Both the position numbers and the translations under genes were made by a program. A stretch of DNA of 64,000 bases, from positions 112,160,001 to 112,224,000 of the forward strand of contig NC_087436.1 of the NCBI RefSeq assembly GCF_036321535.1, given 5' to 3'. Every line of letters starts with the position of its first letter. Within the stretch, counting starts at the first letter, position 1. Below the pieces are notes generated by a model that had not been told where the DNA came from, ran no database searches, and saw nothing but the letters and a program-made list of their open reading frames with translations. Below are positions 1 to 13,290 of this stretch, piece by piece. The DNA comes from Camelus dromedarius (lineage: Eukaryota).

Positions 1-390
1 GCCAGAAAGAGAAAAGAAAATACCATATGATATCACCCATATGTGGAATCTAAAAAAAGAAAAAAGAGGACACTAATGAACTCATCGGCAAAACAGAAAC
101 AGACTCACAGACTTAGTAAACAATCTTATGGTTACTGGGGGAAACTAGGTGGGAAGGGATAAATTTGGGAGTCTGAGGTTTGTAAATGTTAGCTACTATA
201 TATAAAAATAGATATTAAAAAAATTTGTTCTGTATAGCACAGGGAAATATATTCAATATCTTGTAATGACTTTTAATGGAAAACAATATAAAAACAAATA
301 CATGTATGTGTACGCATGATTGTACATTGTGCTGTACATAGAAGTTGACACATTGTACCTGACTATACCTGAATTAAAATAATTTTTAAA
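1..390 (+). mobile_element. LINE-1 3' end (end of ORF2 and 3' UTR), truncated by the window edge
   Basis: Typical L1 3' motifs: atgtggaatctaaaaaa, aaacagaaacagactcacagac, ctgtatagcacagggaa.tatattcaatatcttgtaa, followed by an A-rich tail. Confidence 0.9.
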
Positions 391-1175
391 ATGCTACCCT
401 GTCACTCATCACTCTATCAAGGAGTTTCTGAGCCTCAGAAACTCTGCTATGTTTCATTAATAATACATATTTTTCTTGGAAAGAATTACTTGGGTTCCCC
501 AAGACCTGACCCTTTATGCAAGCAGGATTTGTCATTGCTGATAAGATGGGATTCAAGGGATATACTCTGCACTTGCCTCTATCTTCCACATGTCAGTAAC
601 CGATACTTGTGCCCTTGGGTTAAGCATTGCCCCCTGACATTTCTCTTTGGAAATGAAATTTTCCTCTGATTGGGCAACCTTGTAGTAATGCATACTTAAA
701 CAGGAATACTTTCACTAGATACCTTCGCCCAGAGTAGGATCAGCAAGATTAGAACAGAGCTCTAACTCCGATGGTAGAAGGGCGATGAAAGAGGAGGGAA
801 AAGGAGGTGAAAGGGCACCAGTTTTGTGGGGGACACTCTGTGCCAGGAGTCTTAGACACAGCATCGCTATGAGATAGGTTTTGTCTCATATTTACAAGAA
901 ACAGGCTCATGAAGTTTCAGTAGTAACTAGTCAAGTTACAACAGCTCACGGCTGGTGAGCAGCTGTGCTGTCTTTTGCCCTGCCCTCAACCCAGATCCAG
1001 AGCTCATACCTGTCTCAGTTCTCCGCGAATACATCATTTGTGTCACACCTTTGTCGAGCTCCAGCGCCACCCCTGGGTGGTCAGGGAGACCGCGCTGAGT
1101 GGCTGACATGTGAGTTATAAAAATGTGGTGATCACAAAGTCCGTAACAACTGAGCCTGTTTTTTGTCACTTCCAG

Positions 1176-1298
1176 GTGTGTACAGAAGGCAGGCTGATCT
1201 TGGAGTTCACCTTTGATGATCTCATGAGAATAAAAACCTGGCACTTTACCATTAGACAATACAGAGAGTTAGTCCCAAGAAGCATTCTAGCCATGCAT
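1176..1298 (+). CDS. LDB2: LDB2 internal coding exon (123 bp, phase 0/0; probably exon 4), dimerisation domain
   Basis: Encodes VCTEGRLILEFTFDDLMRIKTWHFTIRQYRELVPRSILAMH, recognised as LDB2 rather than LDB1. Acceptor ...gtcacttccAG (1174-1175), donor GTaagt (1299). Confidence 0.97.
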
Positions 1299-2069
1299 GT
1301 AAGTAACAATTTCTATTTAACTTTTTTTCCTTTTAGCCCCTCATTTTACTCAAAAAGAACAAACCCTGTTCCCTGGCTGTGAAAGAACTCCTGTAGTCTT
1401 TACATTTTAGGTAATTAACTCTAAATTTTGAGTTTTTCCCTCAATTGTTTGTATTCACATGCCCTTTCTTTTCTCCTTTGTTTCTGAGTTTGGTGCATTG
1501 TGAGACTTTTTTTTTTAATACTTTATTATTTTAAACTCCAAATTGAGGTTACCTCAATAAACAGTTTGTACTTTTCTTAAATTCCATTCAGTCATTATCA
1601 AGTACTGCTCTGCCTGGGCTAATAAAGCTGTTATGTATAAGTGGGGGAAAGAAATAAAACACGAAGTAAGAAAAACAGTTTCCAGTTTTGATTAGAACCA
1701 TCTGACAAGACGTGGGGCACATGGACCTCAGATCTCTGTCCATTCCTTTCCTAACTACTGCATTGGAAACAAATGGAATATCTGGGGTCCTCTTGGCTTC
1801 ATTTGGCCATAAATCACATCGAATTTATTGATCCCCAGCTGAGTGCAAAGGTGGAGTTGATGCCAATCTAGAGAGATGTTTTAAAGGTAGGACTTGATAG
1901 GAACTCGTCAGGTCAGTCCCTTAAGGAGTTAAAAGGTATCGACTTAAATAAATCCCTCTTCCAGAATGCACGATGCCACAGTTTCTACAAAAACACTTTG
2001 GAGCAAAATCAGACTTAATGAGCCTGATTTTTAAGACCCTGTGCGACACATAGAGAGCACAGTCCCAGC

Positions 2070-2290
2070 AGCACGCGTTTACTGGGTGTTTGCAACGCCA
2101 GGCCGCGTGCTACGCATTTTGTGCACGTGATCGTTAATACCAACAGTAACTCAAAGAGGTGACTTATTATGATTCCTATCTTAAAAGTGAGGAAACGGAG
2201 GCTCAGAGAGGTTTAGTAAGTTGCCCAATGTTTTTCAGCCCAAAAGTGATAAATCAAGATTTCAGTTCAACTGGTTCTGACTCCAAAACA
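2070..2290 (-). mobile_element. MIR SINE
   Basis: MIR core gtgaggaaacggaggctcagagaggtttagtaagttgccc. Confidence 0.7.
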
Positions 2291-2569
2291 CAGGCTGGGA
2301 AGCTGTCTGTCTCCCCACTGTCCAGCACCAGGCTGTCTTCCCAGGCTTTTGTCCTCAACACCCTCCTCCCAACTGGTTAATATGATCCCTACCCTCTCCA
2401 ATGGCCTTGTGTTTCTGCTGTGGCACCCACACCCTCCCACTCCATTCTTTCTGCCTATCCATGCCCCAAGTCCTTCGCACTTTTCAAAGCCCAGTTCGCA
2501 TCCTCCACTCTCTGTGAAGCAGTCTCAGGTAGCCACTCTGATTAGTCTCAAAACAGACCAAGAGGCAGC

Positions 2570-2790
2570 TGAGGATAGTGGGCGGGAGCCTGGGCCCTGG
2601 AATGAGGCCGCATGAGTTTGAATCCTTGTTCCTGTGTGGTCTTGGGCGACTGACATGACATCTTGTGCTATCAGTCCCTCATCCATAAAATGAGGACAGT
2701 AACAGAGCCTGCCTCAGAGGGTTGGTTTGAAGATTAAGAGTTAATGTACGTAAGCACTTAGGATAGTGCCTGGCACATAGCAGGACCTCT
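2570..2790 (+). mobile_element. MIR SINE
   Basis: cagtccctcatccataaaatgagg...ggtttgaagattaa...tagtgcctggcacatag. Confidence 0.75.
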
Positions 2791-3995
2791 GCAAGTACTG
2801 GCGACTGGCTCTCAGCCCCCGCGGCAGCAACAGCAGCAAAAACATCCTTCCGTGCACTTCTGATTATCCTGTCTTCCGACTACAGTGTAAGCTCCTTGAG
2901 GTCGGCCACAACTACTACTGCATCTCTATAGAACCAGCTCTTCCTGGAACCTGCAAAGGGCTCAGTTAACACCAGCTCCATGTCCCCAGAGGACCCCCTT
3001 TCCAGAAATTGACATAAAAAGTGATAAGCTCTGTTTTCTCCTACATTTTGTGTTTTTTTAACTGTATATACGCAAAGCTAACTGGTTTTACCACTGTGAG
3101 GAAAATTATGTACAGAAAAAGAATAAATGAAAGTGTTGGTTTAACCTACATAGTCTCGTGGATGCAGACATGGAGACAAAGGGATGTTTACTGAAGACTC
3201 CCTCTGTTTAGCAGTAATTTTCTTATACCAATTAAGAAAGAAGGAAAGACAAGTGAAAAAAGAGCATCAACCAAGAGATCACCATAAAGTGGAACCCAGA
3301 AAGAATTTTCTTTCTTTTTCTGGTCAAACAGAATATTTGGGATGCCCAAACATTGAACATTACATCTTTTTTTTTTTTTTTTAATGTGGCTGATATTTTG
3401 GAAAATATGGTGCTTACCCTTATAGTCCTGCAGGATGAAATGTTGAGGACATTTATTTCGAGCCTCAGCTTATAGGGAGGAGAGTTAGAATTCATAAACA
3501 TCTGCATGTATATTTCATGACAATTGCAACATTTTCAAATATAGCCCTCGACTCCAAGCTGTTAAGACAACACCATCACAACAGGAAACAAAAGCCAGGC
3601 CTAAAGCAGGGTTCTGCCAAATCCAGAGGCCCCGCCTTCCTTGGGGACGCCAGGGGTCCTGGAGGAGTCCTGGCCGGGCTAAATGACCCTCCTCCTGAAG
3701 ACACAGGGCCTCTCATCAAGGAAGTAAAGCCGTTTCTCCCCAGCACTGAAAGCGCATCTGACTCAGTTTGGTTCTCCTTGGCAACGAATCTTGCTCCATT
3801 GATCCAAAAATGTCCTTGACCTTTATATTGCAAGTGTCTCTGAAATGTAAATTATCTCCAGCAACCTACCCCTCCGAGAAAAATCGACAATGTGAAGATT
3901 GCATGTCTTTGCAGCTGTAGCACACTTGAAGACTCTCTTGGTACCATCTTGCAGGGATAAAATATATGATTTTTTTTTTTTTTTTTCCTGTTTAG

Positions 3996-4079
3996 GCACA
4001 AGATCCTCAGGTCCTGGATCAGCTTTCCAAAAACATCACCAGGATGGGGCTAACAAATTTCACCCTCAACTACCTCAGG
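3996..4079 (+). CDS. LDB2: LDB2 internal coding exon (84 bp, phase 0/0; probably exon 5)
   Basis: Encodes AQDPQVLDQLSKNITRMGLTNFTLNYLR. Long poly-T tract then tttAG (3994-3995), donor GTaaga (4080). The ORF track reads this stretch in a different frame. Confidence 0.97.
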
Positions 4080-5099
4080 GTAAGACCAACAGGTTGATTA
4101 TATTTCCTGCTGAGTTTGAAAAGTATTTTAGAGGTTTATATGCATCTTCAGCCAAGGAATTAAAATGAGAAAATAGAGCATGATATATATGTCCTGTACC
4201 ACGTGTGTGTGTGTGTGTTCAACGGATGATTGGGTTTAATTAACAAAGCATCAAACCTAGTCTTTGTCAAGGTTGAGCTTCTTCTCTGTGTTTGAATGAC
4301 TCTTGGAAGAAATTATTCGAAGGCTAGCAATACTTCTCTCATAAAATGCTTTGCGCTGTGTCTGTGCTGGCCGTCTCAAGTTTCTAATGTGCTGCTGTTG
4401 AGTTCATGGCCTCTGCGTCTCCATCAAGGCACTGATCACCCCCAAGGAGGCTCAGTGTGCCCTCCAGAGAGAGTTCCCTGAAGAAATTCACCTCCGTGCT
4501 GTAACACAGACATTTTATTTCTAAGGTTTCTTGGGGACTCTGCGTAACATGTAACAGATTTTCTGGTTTGGATAGAAAGTCAATTTTTATTTAAAAAAAT
4601 GAAGTGTTAGGCAAAACTCTGTGCCCATGTGATACTTATAGCCTCCGTCTTTGGTCTAACAAGGTAACAGATATCACACCGGTTCTTAGTGTGGATTTGC
4701 AGTCATCATGTCGTAAGTGAAGGATATGGTTTCCTTCACAAAGCAACCATTGTCCTCCGGGATCAACACAAAGCTAATGGCCACATCCCCCTTCTCTTTG
4801 CCTCTGAGTTGCTGGCATCCTTCACTGTCATGATATAGCAGCTCCCTTCACCAGTGCTCCACCCCATCACTGTTTATGTTATCATTTCTTTACCCTTAAG
4901 CGCAGATTTGTGAATTTGTTTTGTATTCACCATACTCTGAGTATAATCAAGTTTGCATATGTTGAAATGCTGACATGCTTTGGCCAGACTTTCTCTTCTG
5001 TGAGTGAAGAATGATTCGGACAAAGGTTTCCAAGTCACGGCTTCATTGCGATGTGCCGGGCGCAGCTCTAAACGCTGAAAATTCACAGACAGCACTCAT

Positions 5100-5500
5100 G
5101 ACACCTGTTATCAAGAAACTCTCTCTTATGAGGGCCAGACCCACAAAGAGAGGACATTATATACAAAATGGTAAACACCATGATAGACATTTCCAGATGG
5201 AATTATGGGAGTACGAGACAGAAGAATCAGTCAAAGAAGGCTTCATGGAGGAGGTGATGCCTGAGTAGAGTATGAAAGAATGAATAAAGAAGGGGGCGGA
5301 AAGGACACTTCCATCAGAGGGAGAAGAAGGAGCACAGGTTAGGGGATGGAATTCCAAGCAGTCTGGTATTGCAGGGACATGAAGGGAGAAGCCAGGAGAA
5401 GTGGGAGAGAGAGTTGGTTGGGAGCTAGGTCTTAGAGCAACTGTCTGGCCAGGCTACTGGGCTAGGAGCCTTGGAAAGGATTCAACGTGAAGACAGCAGG
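5100..5500 (-). mobile_element. LINE-2 fragment (approximate)
   Basis: aagaaggcttcatggaggaggtgatgcctgag and a purine-rich L2-like context. Confidence 0.5.
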
Positions 5501-6114
5501 GTTCCCTTCCTGGGTGGAGGGAGAAGTGTCTTTTTCCATCCAGTTTAGATACTCCAGATCCAAATCTAGGGGTGGCAAGAGCCAGCATCAGCTTTGCTCG
5601 CCACCAGCTGACCTCAACATGCTCACTATTTTGGCGGCCCTGAGCCAGGTGGTTCTCCACTAAATAGCCCCCCAGTCCCTGCTCAGGGGAAAACCAGAGT
5701 CTTCCCAGGAGGGTAGGTCGACAGGGGAGTGCTCCCAGCCAGGGTGGCTGAGGCTCCGTTCTCCTAAACCTCCAGGCTCTGTATCCGGAATCGGGCCCCC
5801 TGCAGGGCTGCTGGCACAGTGGGGTGGGCAGCAAGGCCTGGGAAAGTGGGGGTCTGCAGGGCTGTTCTTTACACGGAAATTCAGAAGGCTGCACACACTG
5901 CTGGGCATTCCATCTGTCAGAGACCGGAAGAGGTTTAGTTTAACCATCTGAAGATGCCTCTCCTTAGGCAGATAGAAGTTCCACACTGTGTGTCCTCAGC
6001 TGACCCCACGTAGGAATATGGGACTTTGGAATCTATCCTAGACTTGGTTGCTAACTCTCTGCTGAGATCTTGGACCGATCCTCTTTTGTGTGTGTGTATA
6101 TATATGTATATATA

Positions 6115-7508
6115 TTTGAAGTATAGTCAGTTTACAATGTTGTGTTAATTTCTGGTGTACAGTATAATGCTTCAGTCATACACATACATACATGTATTCA
6201 GTTTCATATTCTTTTTCACCATAAGTTATTACAAGATATTGAATATAGTTCCCTGCACTATACAGTACGAACTTGTTTATCTATTTTATATATATATATT
6301 AGCTAGTATCTACAAATCTCGAACTCCCAATTTATCCCTTCCCACGCCCTTCCCCACCCCAGCCCATAACCATAAGTTTGTTTTCTATGTCTGTGAGTCT
6401 ATTTCTGTTTTGTAAATAAGTTCACTAGTCTTTTTTTTTTTCAGATTCCACAAAAAAGTGATACCCTATGGTAGTTTCTTTCTGGCTCACTTCACTTAGA
6501 GTGACAATCTCCAGGTCCATCCACGTTGCTGCAAATGGCACTATTTTATTATTGTTTATGGCTGAGTAGTATTCCATTGTAAAAATATACCACAACTTCC
6601 TTATCCAGTCATCTGTCGATGGACATTTACGTTGTTTCCATGTCTTGGCTATTGTAAATAGTGCTTCTTTGAACATTAGGGTGCATTTATCTTTCCAAAT
6701 TAAATTCCCCTCTGGGTATATGCCCAGGAGTGGGATTGCTGGATCAAATGGTAAGTCTATTTTTAGTCTTTTGAGGAATCTCCATACTGCTTTCCATAAC
6801 TGCTGTACCAAACTGCATTCCCACCAACAGTGTAGAAGGCTTCCCTTTTCTCCACCCCCTCTCCAGCATTCGTCATTTGTGAACTTCATAATGATGGCCA
6901 TTCTGACTGGTGTGAAGTGATACCTAATTGTAGTTTTGATTTGCATTTCTCTGATAATTAGTGATATTGGGCATTTTTTCATGTGTCTGTTGGCTATTTG
7001 TATGTTTTTATTGGAGAATTGTTTGTTTAGGTCTTCTGCCCTTTTTTGGGTTGGGTTGCTTATTTTTCCTTATTAAGTTGTGTGAACTGTTTATATATTT
7101 GAGAAATTAAGCCCCTGTCAGTCTCATCTTTTGCAAATATTTTCTCCCATTCCATAGGTTGTCTTTTTGTTTTGCTTATGGTTTCCTTTGCTGTGCGAAA
7201 GCTTGTAAGCTTAATTAGGTTCATCTGTTTATTTTTGCCTTTATTTCTATTGCCTGGGTAGACTGCCCCAGGAGAACATTGCTAAGATTTATGTCAGATA
7301 ATGTTTTGCCTATGTTTTCTTCTAAGAAGTTGATAGTGTCTTGTCTTATGTTTAAGTCTTTAAGCCATTTTGAGTTTATTTTTGGGTATGGTGTATGGTT
7401 TACTTTGTGTATGGTGTGAGAGAGTGTTCTAACTTTTTAAATTTACATGGATCTGTCCAGTTTTCCCAACACCATTTGCTGAAGAGACTGTCTTTACTCC
7501 ATTGTATT
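6115..7508 (-). mobile_element. 5'-truncated LINE-1 (about 1.4 kb; ORF2 C-terminus and 3' UTR)
   Basis: ORF 6425-6982(-) is the L1 ORF2 C-terminal region ([56 protein letters not shown]). The 3' UTR reverse complement starts ttgaagtatagtcagtttacaatg. Confidence 0.95.
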
Positions 7509-8056
7509 GGGCAGATTCTTGATGACATCTTTTAGCTGCATTTAGCACAGATTAATATATGCTAAATTTCCTTCTTCCCTACCACACTCTCACCCTCCTC
7601 CTCAACCCCCTAGCTCCTCTCACTGTCATCAGTAACATGGTGACCTCCACCCTGGAGTCAACACAGCCCAAGGGTCCCCCAGTTCTCTGAATCCATCCCA
7701 GAAAGGCTGAGGACATCATACCTGCAGAGGGGGAACAATACCAACCCCTCTGCTGACAATGACACAGGAAACCATTTATGGTTTTGGACAACACAGAAGA
7801 GCGTCTCAGAGGCCACCATTTCAGGCAGTACCGGCTGCATGCTGGGCCAGGTGCACATGTCCCAGGGTAGCTAGACTTCACGATGGCCCATGTGCACCAG
7901 TGCCTTCCCTATCAGAAAGCCCTGCACAGAGGGTGTAAGCAAGGTCTGTCACCCTGCTTTACACTCCCAAGGGGCAGAACCAGGACTTGAACTCTAGAAT
8001 CTATTTACTTCATGGCAAAACTGCTGCCTTTCTAGTTAAGAATGTAGAATGGTGAT

Positions 8057-8487
8057 TTTTCTTTCAATTTTTTAATTGAAATATAGTCGACTTACAATGC
8101 TGTGTTAGTTTCAGGTGTACAACAAAGTGATTCAGTTATACATATATATTCTTTTTCAGATTCTTTTCCCTTATAGTTTGTTACAAGATATTGAATGAAG
8201 TTCCCTGTACTATACAGTAGGACCTTGCTGTTTATCTATTTTATATACAGTAATGTGTATCTGTTAGTCCCAAACTTTAATTTATCCCCCTCCTTTTCCT
8301 TTGGTAACCATAAGTTTGTTTTCTGTGTCTGTAAGCCTGTTTCTGTTTTGGAAGTAAGTTCATGTGTATCTTTTTTTCAGATTGAATGTATAATTGATAT
8401 CATATGCTACTTGTCTTCCTCTGATTTACTTCACTTAGTATGGTAATCTCTAGGTCCATCCATGTTGTTGCAAATGGCATTACTGCA
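8057..8487 (-). mobile_element. LINE-1 3' fragment with 12-bp target-site duplication
   Basis: L1 3' UTR in reverse, flanked by exact tagaatggtgat at 8045-8056 and 8488-8499. Confidence 0.9.
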
Positions 8488-10869
8488 TAGAATGGTGATG
8501 CAGTTAGGAGCTGCACAGTGTCTTTCCTGCCTCGACAGGGGAGGCAGCACCTCTCACTGAGGCCTTAATCTACTTTGCCAAAAGTAGTATCAGCTTCTTG
8601 TAGGATTTGCTGAGTATTAAGTGAGACAGGCCATGTAGAGGGCTTAGCCCAGGGTCTGGGGCAGAAGTGCCCACTTAGTGTCTGTTCTCATAGTTTATTG
8701 AGCACCTACTATGTGCCCATCATTGGCCTTCAGACTGGAGCCACTTGAGCAGCGTGGCGTGCGGCTCTCTGCTCCCACTCTGCGTCCACCGACCACGCCT
8801 TGACTTCCTGGCTCGTGCATCTGGGTTCAGCGGCCGCTCGCCTTTCCTGCCTCCCCTCCCTCAATCCTTTTCCCATCTGTTGATTGGGTCAGGACACATA
8901 TTGAGCCCACTTGCCTTCCTAGCACTGTGCCAGGCCCTCGTTATGGAGATGTGGCCTCCTTCTGGGGTTGCTGCTCACAGGCTGGTGGGCAAGGCTGGCG
9001 GGGTGAGGTTTATGGCAGCTCCAGTGAGGCGGGCTGACACGGAAGAAGGGACAGGGCCTGTGAGCGCCCAGGGAAGGACCCATGGGCCTCGGGAAGGCGG
9101 TCAAGATCGAAGCCAACCTCCCATCAACAGCTGTGGGACCCTGGGCTGGTCATGACTGAGCAGAATCTCAAACTCAGGGCCCAAAACCAGGGCACACAGG
9201 CTTCTGTGATGAGACCTGCTAAGAATGAGAAACAAAGTTTATTTCTTCAGTTTAGAACCAGAATCTAAGATTCGCCTAGTATTCTCATCACCTAATATTT
9301 GTAAGACAGCTGAGCAGTCAAAAATACATTTATGAAACGACTTTAAAACCTGGAGCTTCCCCATCCTGGAGCTGGGCCTTTGCCTTAAGCCTCAGGTCAT
9401 GTGAAGTGTTGTTTAAATCTAGTGAACAAGGAACTTCAATAATCAGGCCCAGTATCAGAAAAAGAGTTTAGACAGTTACGTTGGCCAATATTTATCCAAG
9501 GCCTTCTAAATCAGGAGGAGAATTTTACAAATCAGTGTACCCTGCTTTGGAAAGGAGGGATAAAGATTTTAAATAACCCAGACATCTGAAATTTCAATAA
9601 GCTTTGTCCTTCATGAAACAAAATTAAGCAATATAGAAGGTAAGCAGTTATAATCACCCAGGTTTTCCAAAACAAGCTCATTTGTTCCCATGCAATTCCC
9701 AGCATTCGCAGGGAGGCCTGCCATCAGGGAATAAGTCAGTGGGACCAGGCAGCTCCCCTCGTTGGAGGAAGGAGCCAGAGAAGCACCACAGCACAGCTTG
9801 GGTGCAGTGCGAACACAGGTGATGGCTGCACTCCTGGCAGCACCCTTTGGGGGACGCTGGCAACCTGATGCTTTGGAAGTGACAACAGAACAGCTGTTGG
9901 CATTTGATTTGAGTGTCAGATTGCTTGTCTTCCCTCTGTTGCCTCCCAGCCTACCAAGTCCTGGGCTTGAGAGTCAGAAAGACAGGAGTACGTGTCTGAG
10001 GACAGCTATTTGCTAGCTGTGTGACCCTGGGCAAGTTACTTGACCTCTCTCAGCCTGTTTCCTTTTTTGGGAAATAGGGCATAAGACCCGCCTCACTGGA
10101 TTCTAGTGAGATAAATTCACGAGGATCTCCCTTCTCTTTGCCAAGTGTGCTCTTATAAGGGTGTCTGGTCCTTTCTCCTGGGTAGAATCAAGTTGTTCAT
10201 TGGATTCTCCTGTATTCAGAGCTTACGAGAAGAGCTCTCATGGGCCAGCACCCCCAGGAGTCTGATTATTCTTCCTTAATTCTCCCCTTGCCTTTCGTCA
10301 GAGTGAAAGCCCTCTCTAACTCAGGGTTTGAAATTGCCATCATTTCAACATTTCTTATATGCAGTTCTTACGTGTGAATGTTTACTGTGTGGAGGAACCA
10401 TTAAATAGCTGTAAAGAATAAGACTTTAAAATTGAAGGAGAAGTAATTGATGTCTATGTCACTTCTTGTCCCATAAAGAGAATGTGGGTTGGTCATGCAG
10501 GAACCATGTCCATAAGCCTTTAAAGGAAACCCACACAAGCTTCCATGATGGCCAGAAGTGCAGTGTACCGTTTCACTCATCTCTCATCAGTGATAGAGCA
10601 GACGGTCCTTGTTCACTGTCCGTGCTCCAGGGACAACACTGGTTTATACAGTTGAAAACCTTCTTGAAGATTTGGAGTAGTTTGGTTTGGTTTATAAATT
10701 TTAAGTCAGTTGTCTAACCAAGGGACATTTTGGGTGGCATCTACCATGTGCCAGCCACAAAAGGGATGGTGTGGGGGTGTGTTTCCAGGAATGGATAAAG
10801 CACCTACACCTTTGCAGGAAGTTGAAGATATTGTTATGAATAAATCTGTTTCTAGTTCACGTCATCCAC

Positions 10870-11470
10870 CCTCAGCTGGGGACCTCGGGTCCTCCCAGAA
10901 TATTCCTCCTCTCCTAATATCCTGAGGATACCCCATCCTTGTCGGTCTCAGCAGATGACTTAAGTTGGACTTGTTTACAGTTTCTAGTGCACCAGTCAGT
11001 TGCTCTGCTTCTGACTTTGGCATTCAAGGCCCTCCATGAGTGGGTCTCTGCTGCTTCCCAGGCCCGCCCATTCTCCTGCCCCATCTCTCATGTCATGTCA
11101 GCCACACAAACCACCAGCAGTTCCCTGAGCTGGTCCTGCTCTGTGGCCTCCACACCTTTGCAGTCTGACTCACTGCCTGGACCACTGCTGCTGCCCCTCC
11201 CTTCCCATCCTATTTTTCCAGCCTGGCTACTCCTCATCCTTCAGGACTCATCGTCCACCACCTCCTCTGAGAATCTCTCATTGACTCTTAGCGGGGGCAG
11301 CTGCTCCTCCAGTTCCCCCTGCCTCCCTCTTCGTAGGTGCTGCATAAGAATTGTCACTCCACTAGACTCAGAGCCACCTGAAGACAGATTGATTATCTTG
11401 TATTTCTAAGGCCTCACAAGGTCTCGATCACAATGAACACCCAGTAAATGTTTCTTGAATGGGTGGTTGG
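10870..11470 (+). mobile_element. LINE-2 3' fragment (approximate)
   Basis: ctttggcattcaaggccctcca, ctactcctcatccttcagg, ending cagtaaatgtttcttgaatgg. Confidence 0.6.
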
Positions 11471-13034
11471 TGGATGGAAGTTTGGTAAATAGAAGACCAG
11501 ATTTTGAACGACACACACACACACACACAAAGTAATAGAACTCAGATAAATTCACTTGCCCAACAGCAGCTAGAAAAAAGTGTGTGATTCATTTTCAAAG
11601 TCACTACCTAGAACATCGCCATGAAATCTAAAAAGGAGAAGAGTTGAATGCATTGGGGAAGTGAAAGAAACATGGCAGGCAGCTTCCAGATTGCTCGAGT
11701 GTGCAAAAGTTCCACTTAAAATACTCCAAGTTCCCAATGTCAGGTTGTTATTCTGATACCACTACTTCTCCTTGCTCCGCATCAGTATTTAATTTTTACT
11801 CTAAGTGTTGTTATGCCCTGCTCATTATTTTGGAAATGTAATCTTTCAAATCTTGAGGACATATTTCTTCATGAGTGGTTATTTTTGTCTATTTCCTTTG
11901 GCCAGTTTTTTCCTGATGCTTGGATACATAAACTTTTTTTAAGTATTATGTTTAACGCAAACTTTAAAATGTCTTCTTATCCTGTATCTCAGCCAAAAGA
12001 CACTTTCTTTGTGTTTCCTCTTACTCTTTACCCATCTACCTGCATAATTTCTGCATAAATGTAATCAGTATACATACAATCTCTTAATGTTATTTGGTAA
12101 ACACTTTTTCATGTTTCTACAGAGTCATCCTATTAACCATTTATAGAAGCCGCAAATATTCCAGTGTGAGGCTAATTTAATCATTTCTCCAAATGTCAAA
12201 CACTGATGCTGCTGTCCTTAACACCACTCCTCTGAATACCTTTGCCACGTCCTGCTCCCGATGGTGTTCTCTGAAAGTGGAGGCTGAGCTGTGGAGACCA
12301 CGTGTTGAGAAAAATAAACGTGCTTCAGATTCAGAGAGATCCTAACCCCCTTATTGCCTATAATGGCCTTGAACAGGTTGTTTAAATTCTCCGAACCCCA
12401 CTTTCCTCATCTGAAAATCAGAAAGAATGATGTCTCACAGGTTGGCACAGATTGTCATTTATAAGATTAGATGAGTTACAAATTATAAGGGCCTGGCACA
12501 CGGAAGCGGCAGAATCAATACTCCTGCGCTGTCGAGAGCAGCGGATCAGGGCTCAAATTCCACTTTTGCCTCTTACTTCTTATATGATACTGATGAGCTG
12601 CCTCAGTTTCTCGGAGCCCCGGTTTTCTCATGTGTGGATGATCATGTACCTTGTGAATCACAGTAACTGCATCACAGGTGAGGGTTAAAATGATAACGCA
12701 TGTTGAAAATCACGTGTAACTTGAAATTACTCCACCAGGAAGCCAAAGCAGTCTCACTCAATGTATCATCTCCTACACATCGGTCATTGCCTTGAATGCT
12801 ACACTGAGATTCTAAAGCCACATGAGAGATCGGAAAAAAGAAAAGTAATTAATGATTGACATCTGCCAAGAAGGGTGGCAGGAGGGATTCTGAGGCATGT
12901 ACTATATATTTGGAACCCCGTTTCCAATACAAATGTTATTTCAGATGTATAATCATTGTCACTGAGTGTTTTCAGTGCTCTTTATCACCTTTCGTTGTTA
13001 TCATTAAATAAGTCTATCCATTCAAATAAGCAGG

Positions 13035-13137
13035 ATCACTATATATAAAATAGATAAACAGCAAGGTCCTACTGTATAGCACAGGGAACTATATTCTATA
13101 CCTTGAAATAGCCCATAATGAAAAAGAATCTGAAAAG

Positions 13138-13205
<68 letters not shown>

Positions 13206-13290
13206 GAATCACTATGCTGTACACCAGAAACTAACACAACATTGTAAATCAACTATACATCAATAAAACAAATTTAAATAAAAATTTTTA
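13035..13290 (+). mobile_element. LINE-1 3' UTR fragment containing an expanded (TA)n
   Basis: aaatagataaacagcaaggtcctactgtatagcacagggaac...ctgaatcactatgctgtacaccagaaactaacacaacattgtaaatcaactatac. Confidence 0.9.
13141..13203. repeat. Perfect (TA)31 microsatellite
   Basis: Directly visible. Confidence 0.97.

Noticed and set aside
1110..1382. 90-aa ORF as a standalone gene
   Set aside because: Only 1176-1298 is coding. The rest is intronic read-through past clear splice sites.
3899..4168. 89-aa ORF over the second exon
   Set aside because: Wrong frame. The true LDB2 frame starts at 3996.
5454..5986. Overlapping 146-aa and 108-aa minus-strand ORFs
   Set aside because: GC-rich chance ORFs with no recognisable domain or gene structure.
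6070..7520. Possible TSD ttggaccgatcct / ttgggcagattct around the 1.4-kb L1
   Set aside because: Too many mismatches to call with confidence.
10939..11409. 156-aa Ser/Leu/Pro-rich ORF
   Set aside because: Lies in a pyrimidine-rich L2 relic.
13022..13252. ORF with (YI)n repeat
   Set aside because: Translation of the (TA)n microsatellite in an L1 UTR.
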